Source: an uncultured Verrucomicrobiae bacterium (GTDB taxonomy: Bacteria; Verrucomicrobiota; Verrucomicrobiia; Chthoniobacterales; UBA10450). From it: a stretch of 64,000 nt of DNA. This document shows, in pieces, positions 55,867-64,000 of the stretch. Both the position numbers and the translations under genes were made by a program. Each line of letters begins with the position of its first letter. Position 1 is the first letter of the stretch. Location: contig CAVYXA010000001.1 in the NCBI GenBank assembly GCA_963772365.1, positions 416,001-480,000 of the forward strand, read 5' to 3'. The notes under the pieces were generated by a model that was not told the DNA's origin, made no database searches, and was given only the letters and a program-made list of their open reading frames with translations.

Positions 55867-57012
55867 TTATTTCAGGGCTTGTTCAAGCAGATCGGCCAGG
55901 CGCCAACCCGCTTTGTGTAATTCCTCACGCACGACATTGTCGGCCCAGGCCCGATACTTTAGATGATTTGGGTCAGGTTTTTCCACCGCTTCTCCCGCAG
56001 CCACAACGCGGTTCTCTTCCTGGAGCGCACTTACTTTGCGGAAGGAAAGCCGCTCGTGAGCCTCACGGGCGATTGGCAACATTTCATTCGCCCAAGCCTC
56101 CGCGTAATTGTCGATGCTAATGCCTTGTGAAACGCGCCAGTTCTTCGGCTCACTCACGGTCATTTCGCGAACCAGCCTCCGCTTCAATGGCTCAATTTGG
56201 TCCTGCCGTTCATTCTTTGGGAGCCTCTCTGGAACCGTTGGAAACAGATCGTTTACTGCGTCGTAATCCCAGAAGCCGTGAAACGTCTTCCTGCGGGCAC
56301 CCCTGCCGCTTCGGGCTTCCTTGATTAGTTTCAGCGTAAAAGTGTTCCCGCCTTCATCTACCAGAGCCGATTTGTCCTTTTCCGGATCGGTCACCTGACC
56401 CCTCGCATCGAAATACGCCGCGCCCACGTGCAGCGGTTGATGAATGTCGCCTACATAATGGGCGAGCAGAATGATGGCGATCGGTTTCGTAATTTTTCGA
56501 TCGTTATTCTCCGGCACCCGGCCTTTCAACACATCCACGCAATAAGGGATCATATGGACGATGTCCCACTTGCTGCGTCCAACCCGTCCGGCGTTGTATT
56601 GCTGAAGGGGAACAATCGGGACGTCGGTGTAGTGAAACCAATGATGCGAAGGAGTCGCGGAATTCCGGTCCTGCGTAGGCTGGTTTGCCTTCCAAAACTC
56701 TATTAGTTGCGAATCAATTTCGGGCCAGATGGAATAATGAAAGCTTCCGATGTCATTCGGCCCATTCGTGTCCCAGCCCTTGATCACATCTGCGATTACT
56801 GCCGCTCGCTCGAGAGAAGGGACACCATCGAGCAGGGCATGTACTTTTTGGCCGGTCCCGGTATTGGCGAGAAGCTCATCGGCTATTGCGCCCACGATCT
56901 CGTGTCCGAGTGGCCCATAGGCGAGCAGCGAATGGCTGAATCCGATCGCAATCAGAATCGCTGCCGCGACATGGCAAAATGGTGACTTCATTTTCTTGCG
57001 AAACCGCGACAT
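55867..57012 (-). CDS. S1/P1 nuclease family, secreted
   Basis: Signal peptide then YG..GH; ADVIK, FHYTD, HYVGDIHQPLH, GGN, FHGFWD, AGWRLA. Confidence 0.88.
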   Translation of the reverse strand: MSRFRKKMKSPFCHVAAAILIAIGFSHSLLAYGPLGHEIVGAIADELLANTGTGQKVHALLDGVPSLERAAVIADVIKGWDTNGPNDIGSFHYSIWPEIDSQLIEFWKANQPTQDRNSATPSHHWFHYTDVPIVPLQQYNAGRVGRSKWDIVHMIPYCVDVLKGRVPENNDRKITKPIAIILLAHYVGDIHQPLHVGAAYFDARGQVTDPEKDKSALVDEGGNTFTLKLIKEARSGRGARRKTFHGFWDYDAVNDLFPTVPERLPKNERQDQIEPLKRRLVREMTVSEPKNWRVSQGISIDNYAEAWANEMLPIAREAHERLSFRKVSALQEENRVVAAGEAVEKPDPNHLKYRAWADNVVREELHKAGWRLADLLEQALK

Positions 57013-57044
57013 TACGTTTGCTGAAAACAAATGTCAGGTCGATT

Positions 57045-57794
57045 TCACGGCAGAAAAGCAGCCCGGATTTCAGCAATTCGTTTCTCCAACTTTGAAAAAT
57101 GCGAGCCGGCCCAGTAGATATGACCGCACCCGGTGCATCGGCGAAATTGCTGATAGTAAAGCTTCGTTAGCGCCTCGAGTTTTTCGATAACGCTGCTTTT
57201 CTCGACTTTCTCCAGCAGAGCATTGCATCTCAGGCAGCGGATGAACGGATTAATGGCAGTAGAGAGGTCGAATCGAGTTATCACTTCGACGGTCTGCTTG
57301 ATTGGGTTCTGCGACCGCAAATAGTAGCCATGCTGCACAATTGCATGCATCAACAACCGACGGTCGCGGGTGAGCAGCGCTCTTTGTTGAGTCGTCGCCA
57401 GGTCGAGCAATTGTCGATCCTCGGCAGCTCGATCGTAAAGAACGTCGAATCCGAGCAAACGCAGATTGCGCACGAGTTTTCCGAGATGATTATCGGCAAC
57501 AAATCGCCTGAGATCACTCACTTGCAGCCGTTTGTCCGCAAATAATGTGGGGCCTGATTTTACCGGATAAATGTCGATGTCCGCGTCAGACTCAATCGTT
57601 GTGGCGAAATTAACCGGAGATCCGTTCACAAGAATCAAATCCACCTCTGGATGCGGTACGCCGCACGATTCAATCACGTCCTTTACTGAACTCTTTTCCT
57701 TCAGCCTACGCTGCACAGTTCCATTGCTGCCGATGGAGTTAAGAAAGAACGTCAGGTTGCCGTGAAATTTCAGTCGAGCGGTAAAGAGGCTCAC
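57045..57794 (-). CDS. Mut7-C RNase (ubiquitin-like + PIN-like + Zn ribbon)
   Basis: VKDVIESCGVPHPEVD, ADNHLGKL..LRLLGFD, LTRDR, RCLRCN, CTGCGHIYWAGSH. Confidence 0.9.
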   Translation of the reverse strand: MSLFTARLKFHGNLTFFLNSIGSNGTVQRRLKEKSSVKDVIESCGVPHPEVDLILVNGSPVNFATTIESDADIDIYPVKSGPTLFADKRLQVSDLRRFVADNHLGKLVRNLRLLGFDVLYDRAAEDRQLLDLATTQQRALLTRDRRLLMHAIVQHGYYLRSQNPIKQTVEVITRFDLSTAINPFIRCLRCNALLEKVEKSSVIEKLEALTKLYYQQFRRCTGCGHIYWAGSHFSKLEKRIAEIRAAFLP

Positions 57795-57795
57795 G

Positions 57796-58524
57796 TCAAT
57801 CGACAATTCGCGCCGTCGAATAGGCGTATTCGAATGTGGTCCCGCGCGGGCGGGCCATGAATTTTCCAGGCCCGAACGGTTCATCTTCGCCGTAGTAACA
57901 ATCGATCTGCCATCGGTGCAGGCCACCGCCAGTATCGACAATTTTCCAGCGGTTGCTGCCAAAGATTTGTTTCACTGTGGTAGAAGATGTTTCGATGATC
58001 ACTCCGCGCCGCAAACTTGCCTGACCCAATTTCGCTGCAGTGGAATAGCGCGGGACCAAAACGCCGCCGCCGCCGGCCGGATGATGGCTGAACCCGTAGG
58101 AATTTCCGCCGACGTAGTGGACGTAATGCCGGCCGTTTACTGGCGTCATTATTCGGCCGGAGCCCTCCTTTTTGACTGAGCGCAAGAAATCGCGCGGATA
58201 CTTTCGCCCGTGTAAGCCTGGTTTTGTCACAGGGGTGGCATCAAAGCCGCGTTCAAAAGTGAACCCGGATTCCTTCGGCGTGTAATAAAGCGTGCAGACG
58301 ACAAAGTATTCGCCGGCATGCCCACTCGGGCGCCGCGCGAGTTTTTCGTTTTCAATTCTGAGCCGCTGCACAACTTCCGGCCACGGAATGTCCGCCAAAA
58401 TTTGCGGCAGGATCGACAGCCAAAATGCTGCGATTAGCTGCCAAAGAAGTCGCCGAGCGGCCGGCCGAGCAAAACTTCGATCGGCAGCTTTTTGGTCTCG
58501 TATTCGTAAGGAGGCGGTTTCCAC
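57796..58524 (-). CDS. Secreted protein with a 3D (Asp-Asp-Asp)-like domain
   Basis: Signal-like segment; TLYY...V..EGSG...DTGGGL..QIDCYYGE pattern. Start uncertain. Confidence 0.6.
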   Translation of the reverse strand: METASLRIRDQKAADRSFARPAARRLLWQLIAAFWLSILPQILADIPWPEVVQRLRIENEKLARRPSGHAGEYFVVCTLYYTPKESGFTFERGFDATPVTKPGLHGRKYPRDFLRSVKKEGSGRIMTPVNGRHYVHYVGGNSYGFSHHPAGGGGVLVPRYSTAAKLGQASLRRGVIIETSSTTVKQIFGSNRWKIVDTGGGLHRWQIDCYYGEDEPFGPGKFMARPRGTTFEYAYSTARIVD

Positions 58525-59522
58525 GAGAATTTCTCCGGATACAACTTTCGGATGCAGCGGATGATTGCAACGCCTGTTTCAAACGGGCGAAAGATATTAC
58601 GATCGAGGACGTGGAGTTGCGCGCCTCCGCAAAGTTCGCCAGCGAACTTGTGAAATGTCGGCTGGAAATAGTTCTCCCGAAAGTAAACGCCGGGCAGTCG
58701 TGGATCATTCAGCTCGCGGCAAAGTTCCTCGGCGTCGATAAAGGGCGCGCCGAAGATTTCGAAGGGGCGCGTCGTCCCGCGCCCTTCCGAGATGTTTGTC
58801 CCTTCCAAGAGACACATTCCCGGATAAACCGTGGCAGTATCGAGTGTAGACATGTTGGGAGATGGCATTACCCAGGGCAGACCGGTTTGATCGAACCACA
58901 TCGCGCGTTCCCAATTTTTCATCGGCAGGATCGACAATCGGCATTTTGGAAATGCTTCCTCTTGAAATTGTCGGGCGAGTTCGCCGATCGTTTTGCCATG
59001 CCGAACGGGGATCGGATGCATACCAACAAACGATTTGTAATTCGGGTCCAGCACCGGTCCTTCCGTCATGGCACCACTGATGGGGTTTGGACGATCGAGC
59101 ACCACGACGCCGACGTCGTGTCTCTCGCAGGCGCGCATGCAGAGGTAAAGCGTCCAGATAAAAGTGTAATAGCGGGACCCGACGTCCTGAAGATCGACAA
59201 CGAGCGCGTCGAGGTCACGCAGCATCGCTGCAGTCGGTTCTCGATCTTCGCCGTAAAGGCTGTAAACCGGAATCCCGAGTCGGGGATATTTGTAACTATT
59301 CCACTCGACCATGTTGTCCTGTGTCTGCCCAAGAAATCCATGCTGCGGGCCGAAAAAGGCAGCCAGCCGAAAAAGATCACCGTTATGCTGCTCGAGGATT
59401 CGCGATGTGTGCTCCAGTTTGGATAAGACCGAAGCCGGATGCAGGAGAGCGCCGATTTTAGCGCCGCGAAGTTTCTGCGGCCAAACCTCGGTCAGATGAT
59501 CAATTGGAAGCAGAACCGGCAT
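58434..59522 (-). CDS. Exo-beta-N-acetylmuramidase NamZ family (DUF1343)
   Basis: FGPQHG, YSLYG, DLQDVGSRYYTF, LDRPNP, PSPNM, SEGRGTTRPF. Confidence 0.9.
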   Translation of the reverse strand: MPVLLPIDHLTEVWPQKLRGAKIGALLHPASVLSKLEHTSRILEQHNGDLFRLAAFFGPQHGFLGQTQDNMVEWNSYKYPRLGIPVYSLYGEDREPTAAMLRDLDALVVDLQDVGSRYYTFIWTLYLCMRACERHDVGVVVLDRPNPISGAMTEGPVLDPNYKSFVGMHPIPVRHGKTIGELARQFQEEAFPKCRLSILPMKNWERAMWFDQTGLPWVMPSPNMSTLDTATVYPGMCLLEGTNISEGRGTTRPFEIFGAPFIDAEELCRELNDPRLPGVYFRENYFQPTFHKFAGELCGGAQLHVLDRNIFRPFETGVAIIRCIRKLYPEKFSWKPPPYEYETKKLPIEVLLGRPLGDFFGS

Positions 59523-59577
59523 GAACACAATCATCCGGTCATTCCGAGCGAAGTCGAGGATTCCCGTCGAACTGCAT

Positions 59578-61209
59578 TCACCGAGGTGACGATCCAGGCC
59601 GCCGTCGCGCGGAAGCCCTCCAGAGCAGTACCATGATCGCGATCAAGCTGACGCCGGTACAAACTTCCGCAAACACTTCCCCGTGACGAACGTAAAACGT
59701 GAGCGTATGACTCGTCGGAACATTCACGGTCCCATTGAGGACTCCTTCGGCGAAAGTGTTTCCCGTTTCATCCTGCAAGATTTGAGTGACCCGGCCAAAT
59801 TGGTTTACGAAACAGGTCACACCCGTGTTTGCGGCGCGAACCATTGGCCGCCGCGTCTCGACGCATCGAAAAATCGCGTTCTGAAGATGTTGCCGCGACC
59901 CAGCCGACCGCAGGAACCATGCGTCGTTGGTTACGTTTGCCAGCAAATCCGCGCCATTTAAAACAAACCGGCGAGTCAGATCCCCGATGGTGTCCTCGAA
60001 ACAAATGAGCGGTGCTACCCCGATGTTGCTCTTGCTCAAATGAAAAACCGTGTGCTTGGTGCCCACGTCGAAATCGCCGGGAACCCATCTCCCTGCGACA
60101 GCGGCGAAAAGCGGAAACGAACGACGCAGCGGAATGTATTCACCAAATGGAACCAGATGCACTTTGCGATAAATCTGTATCTGCTGAGTCGCGCCTGAAA
60201 TTAACGCTGCGGCATTGTAATCATGTCGATCCTGCACATCGAGTGTGCCGAGCAGCAAATCAGTTCCAGTGGCTGCGGAAAGCTCGGACACGAAGCGATA
60301 ACTGGCGGTACCCAGAAAAGTCACCGGCTCCGGCATAGCGCTTTCGGGCCAAACCAGAAGATTGGGTGGGGGGCTCGAATGAACTGCAATTTCGGTCAAA
60401 CGCTGGAAACGATCGAAGATTTGCGCGACGAACTGAGGATCGAACTTCTGCTCCTGCGGCACATTGGCTTCAATCGCAGACACGTGAAGCGGTCTGGTCG
60501 GCGATGGATTCTGCACACGATAAAGACCGAACGTCAGCAGGCCAACAATTCCGGCCAGCGTCAGCGTGAGGTCGAAGTGCGGCAGCATGCGATGGGTTCG
60601 CGCTTCGAGAAACAACCGAACCGGCGTCGCGACCAGGATGATGTTTGTAAACACGACCACGAAGGAAAGTCCGATGGCACCGGTAAATTCCGCGACTTGG
60701 ATCAATGCCCAGTTGTCATGCAATGCGATGCCGATTCCGTTCCAACCAAATCCGGTGAAGAGCCAGCCACGAATCCATTCCTGCGCGACCCAGGCAGACG
60801 CGGCCAAGAGCGCCGCTAAAAGATTCTGTCCGGAACTAAGAAAATTACGAGGCTTGATCAGCCCGATAAACCACGACCAAAAGGCAAAGTAGAGCGCGAG
60901 ATAGATCGAGAGCAGCAGGGAAAGCCCGCGCAGCCAGAAATTTTCAAACAAAGTTCCCAGCGCGCCGAGCCAACTGAATGCGCAGGTGAAGAAAACGATC
61001 CCCGCGACGTATCCAATCAGCGCGTTGCGCAACCAGCGGCGTTTTGAATTCTCGCCGAAAAACCAAACAGCCATCGTAACCGGAGTCAGTGCGATCCAGC
61101 AGAGCCAGCTTTGATTGAATGGGGCGAAGCAAACCGCGTAGAGCAGCCCTGTCAGGATCGACAATAGCCACGGGACGATCGCAGTTAGTTTGCCCGGTAA
61201 GCGAGACAC
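59578..61209 (-). CDS. lnt: Apolipoprotein N-acyltransferase
   Basis: TM N-terminus, WPES, KVHLVPFGEYIP, ICFED, TNDAWF, AANTGVT. Confidence 0.95.
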   Translation of the reverse strand: MSRLPGKLTAIVPWLLSILTGLLYAVCFAPFNQSWLCWIALTPVTMAVWFFGENSKRRWLRNALIGYVAGIVFFTCAFSWLGALGTLFENFWLRGLSLLLSIYLALYFAFWSWFIGLIKPRNFLSSGQNLLAALLAASAWVAQEWIRGWLFTGFGWNGIGIALHDNWALIQVAEFTGAIGLSFVVVFTNIILVATPVRLFLEARTHRMLPHFDLTLTLAGIVGLLTFGLYRVQNPSPTRPLHVSAIEANVPQEQKFDPQFVAQIFDRFQRLTEIAVHSSPPPNLLVWPESAMPEPVTFLGTASYRFVSELSAATGTDLLLGTLDVQDRHDYNAAALISGATQQIQIYRKVHLVPFGEYIPLRRSFPLFAAVAGRWVPGDFDVGTKHTVFHLSKSNIGVAPLICFEDTIGDLTRRFVLNGADLLANVTNDAWFLRSAGSRQHLQNAIFRCVETRRPMVRAANTGVTCFVNQFGRVTQILQDETGNTFAEGVLNGTVNVPTSHTLTFYVRHGEVFAEVCTGVSLIAIMVLLWRASARRRPGSSPR

Positions 61210-61288
61210 AACCGGGACATTAAACAGCCAAACTCAAACATCCAAGCTCGGGCGGTAAACCCGATTTGACCAGAGATGCGAAAACGAC

Positions 61289-61603
61289 TTAACCGCGGCG
61301 ACGGCGACGACGTTCGGGCTTTTGGTGACGGCCCGGGCTGATCGATTCGCGCAGATCACGCGTGTAATTCGCGTTCACGTGAAAGCTGCAATGCTCCACG
61401 TCTTCGAGACTTCGAACTTGCGACTTCTCGGTGACAACATAACCGAGCATGATCAGCCCGTTTAGATCGTCCAAAAGCTCGGCCGATTCCATTTCGCCAA
61501 TTTGTTGGAGCAATTGTCTGCCGTGAACAGCGGCGCCGGTCAGACCGATCGCTTTCAGAATCGTCGTCTCGCCGCCGCTTAGCTGAATTTCCCGGGCCAA
61601 CAT
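61289..61603 (-). CDS. Small hypothetical protein (possible winged-helix fold)
   Basis: Co-oriented between the mutase and lnt; helical pattern, GYV, Arg-rich tail. Confidence 0.65.
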   Translation of the reverse strand: MLAREIQLSGGETTILKAIGLTGAAVHGRQLLQQIGEMESAELLDDLNGLIMLGYVVTEKSQVRSLEDVEHCSFHVNANYTRDLRESISPGRHQKPERRRRRRG

Positions 61604-61621
61604 GCAGCCGCTTTTAAGCAG

Positions 61622-63619
61622 CTATCGAGCCAATCGTTTCCGCGCGTCAGCTTGCAGCCAGTCCCATAAATTCGATAGCCATTGCGATGTTTTCTTTTTG
61701 ATTTGATCCAATCCTGCCGATTCAAACTGTTTGTCGTCGGGGCGTCGCTCGGCAAAAAGGTAATATTTTATTTTCGGCTCTGTCCCGGAAGCGCGGACTG
61801 CGATTCGGGTCCGATCCGATAATTCGAAGATCGACATCTTTTCCTTCGGAATTTCGTCACCTTCGACATCGCGAATTGTTTCCTTTTCGAAATTGCGTAT
61901 CCGCACAACTTTCGCTCCGGCAATCTCTGATGGCGGATTCTTGGCGTAAGATTCCACCAATCTTGCGATTTTTGCCGCGCCCTCGGCGCCTTCGAAGAAA
62001 ATGGAGCCATTCTTTTCCTCGAAGTATCCGAACTGGGAAAAGATATTGTCGAGCAGTTGTTCGACCGTGAGTTGTTTTGATTTCGCGTAAGCGGCCACTT
62101 CGCAAAACATGAGCGCCGCGCCATTGCCATCTTTGTCTCGGATAAAATCAGCGCCGCTAAACCCGTAACTTTCCTCGCCACCGAAAATGTAATAGGAAGA
62201 ATGCTCGAGCCGCGCGGCGCGAGTTTCCAGTTCAGACATTTGCCGATATTTTCTACGAAGATCGACAGGCAAAGCGCGCTCGTATTTGTCGAGCTTAGCA
62301 CCAATATATTTGAAGCCGGTGAGTGTTTCGACGCACCGCACGCCATAATGCTCTGCGATCGCCTTGATGAGATCGGTTGTGACAAAAGTTTTGATGATCA
62401 CCGCTCGCGATGCGTTTTTCGAATCGAGCACGCCCTGGTCGAACAAAGTTTTGACACGATACCAGGCGATAATCGATGCGATCTGATTACCTGTGAGCAG
62501 TTTCATTTCGCCGCCGCTCGTGCGGACCGCAACGCCAACGCGGTCGCAGTCCGGATCCGTCGCGATCACGATGTCGGCATCGATCTTTTCTGCCAGAGCG
62601 ATGCCCATACTCAACGCCTCGGGATTTTCCGGGTTGGGCGACTTCACAGTGGGAAAGCGGCCGTCGAAGCGATCCTGTTCTGGAACGATGTCGAACTGGA
62701 AGCCGAGCCGATGAAGCATCGGTTTGAGAATGACGCTGCCGGTTCCGTGTAGCGGAGTGAAGACGATTCGCAGCGATTCAGGCCCTCGGATCACGGCCGG
62801 ATCGAGAATGAGTGTTTCCAGTCGGTCCATGTAAGCGTCGTCGATCTCTGTGCCCAACATTGCCACAGTTCCTTGTCGATCCTGGGGAAGTGGAATAAAA
62901 CTCTCGCCTTGGATCGCGTTTACTCTCGCGATGATCCCGCTGGCATGTGGCTCAACGACCTGGCCGCCGTCGCTGAAATAAACTTTATAACCATTGTCAT
63001 GCGGTGGATTATGGCTGGCTGTGATGACGATGCCGGCGCTGGCGTTCAGATGCCGCACAGCAAAGGAAAGCTCCGGAGTCGAGCGCGGCCCATCGAACAT
63101 ATGCGCGTCGCAGCCGTTTTGGGCAGCGACTTTCGCGGCGAGATCGGCAAACTCTTTCGAGAAAAAGCGCGTGTCGTGTGCGATGACAATAGACATTCTG
63201 TTTCCGTTTCGTTGTCGATCTGTCCATTCGCGAATGTAGGCAACAAGGCCGCGGGTTGCGCGATTCACGTTATAAAAGTTCATCGCGTTTGTGCCGACGC
63301 ATGGAAATTGCGGGTGTGCATGCTTCTCCGCGTTTCCGCGCTCGGCTGCCGTAACAATCTTGCCGATTGTGCGCCCGCGCAGGCCGCCCGTGCCGAAAGC
63401 GAGAGTTTTGTAAAAACGATCGTTGAGTTCGCTCCAGGCCGCGCTCTCAACGAGCTCACACACACTGTCGATGTAGAGGCTGTGGGGCAAGCAGACAGCT
63501 TCCCCTGATTTTCCAGCGACTAACAGCAATCGAATATTCTGTCCGGCTGACGGCAGCAGTTTGCCTTCGGCCACGGCCTGATCGGTCGCGGCGAGAATCG
63601 CCTCAATACTTTTCGCCAT
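61622..63619 (-). CDS. Phosphoglucomutase/phosphomannomutase
   Basis: FGTGGLRG, TASHNP, DPDCDR, GGEES, RASGTEPKIK. Confidence 0.93.
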   Translation of the reverse strand: MAKSIEAILAATDQAVAEGKLLPSAGQNIRLLLVAGKSGEAVCLPHSLYIDSVCELVESAAWSELNDRFYKTLAFGTGGLRGRTIGKIVTAAERGNAEKHAHPQFPCVGTNAMNFYNVNRATRGLVAYIREWTDRQRNGNRMSIVIAHDTRFFSKEFADLAAKVAAQNGCDAHMFDGPRSTPELSFAVRHLNASAGIVITASHNPPHDNGYKVYFSDGGQVVEPHASGIIARVNAIQGESFIPLPQDRQGTVAMLGTEIDDAYMDRLETLILDPAVIRGPESLRIVFTPLHGTGSVILKPMLHRLGFQFDIVPEQDRFDGRFPTVKSPNPENPEALSMGIALAEKIDADIVIATDPDCDRVGVAVRTSGGEMKLLTGNQIASIIAWYRVKTLFDQGVLDSKNASRAVIIKTFVTTDLIKAIAEHYGVRCVETLTGFKYIGAKLDKYERALPVDLRRKYRQMSELETRAARLEHSSYYIFGGEESYGFSGADFIRDKDGNGAALMFCEVAAYAKSKQLTVEQLLDNIFSQFGYFEEKNGSIFFEGAEGAAKIARLVESYAKNPPSEIAGAKVVRIRNFEKETIRDVEGDEIPKEKMSIFELSDRTRIAVRASGTEPKIKYYLFAERRPDDKQFESAGLDQIKKKTSQWLSNLWDWLQADARKRLAR

Positions 63620-63662
63620 CGCCGAACTGTTGCGGCGAAGGCGCTCTTTGCAAGCCGGGGGC

Positions 63663-63688
63663 GGGGAAGCTGTCAGTTTCCCCAACAG
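63663..63688. repeat. Intergenic REP (GGGGAAGCTGTCAG family)
   Basis: ggggaagctgtcagtttccccaacag. Confidence 0.7.
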
Positions 63689-63701
63689 CACTATGGCGCT
63701 T

Positions 63702-64000
63702 TTACGGCACGGAGTGGCCGATATTGACCTTCACCTGAATGACATCGGTGGCATTGATGTCTCCACTGGCGTTGATGTCACTGCGGAAATTGCTCGAGTC
63801 GACCGCGACGCCCACCTGCGCCTTGGTCTGCGCTACATCTGAGGCGTTCACGGTTGCATTGGCGCTGCTGTCGCCGATTAGCATGACTGCATTCACCGCA
63901 GTATCTGGCAATGTTTGACCAAAACTGTCCATTACATTGCTCGCCGTCACGGTGATCTGTTGCTGGTCAGTCACTCCGGTCAGGTTCACCGTCATCGTGC
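63702..64000 (-). CDS. Surface protein C-terminus with a dockerin-like domain (partial, window edge)
   Basis: TVNLTGV...LIGDSSANATVNASD...DINASGDINATD; paralog of the 8517-9173 C-terminus. Confidence 0.8.
   Translation of the reverse strand, partial: TMTVNLTGVTDQQQITVTASNVMDSFGQTLPDTAVNAVMLIGDSSANATVNASDVAQTKAQVGVAVDSSNFRSDINASGDINATDVIQVKVNIGHSVP

Noticed and set aside
58425..59426. 333-aa + strand ORF (likewise 11910-12929, 40784-41686, 4998-5735, 20401-21093)
   Set aside because: Antisense to well-supported genes; expected in GC-rich DNA.

Overview
This is a bacterial chromosome segment. The protein style, dockerin-like C-terminal domains and repeat families suggest a soil Verrucomicrobiota (Chthoniobacterales-like) genome; this assignment is inference. 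Content is mostly housekeeping: rsfS-nadD, nagZ, pgi, icd, tRNA-Glu, tRNA-Pro, metH, ffh-rpsP-khpA-trmD, clpB, pdxJ-acpS-metG, sucC/sucD/citrate synthase, lnt and a phosphosugar mutase, interspersed with small accessory modules. Many single-base frameshifts (pgi, metH, pdxJ, and densely at 44.2-47.2 kb) look like long-read consensus errors rather than biology. No CRISPR array, integrase, transposase or rRNA was seen. The most notable signals are: (1) a four-gene envelope signalling module at 27.4-31.8 kb (amicyanin-type blue-copper protein, CusS-like kinase, outer-membrane barrel, CusR-like regulator) carrying three copies of a cop-box-like palindrome, GTAAC-N6-GTTA(C/G); (2) several families of REP-like palindromes, some inserted in-frame in housekeeping proteins (MetG, phosphosugar mutase, MetH, RibD-like); (3) a probable AUA start codon for rsfS overlapping the nadD stop; (4) a SahR-like operator upstream of metH; (5) an orphan cyclase plus ketosynthase pair; (6) an ArsS-type radical SAM / glycosyltransferase / redox-membrane cluster; (7) a DUF2442-DUF4160 toxin-antitoxin-like pair in reversed order.
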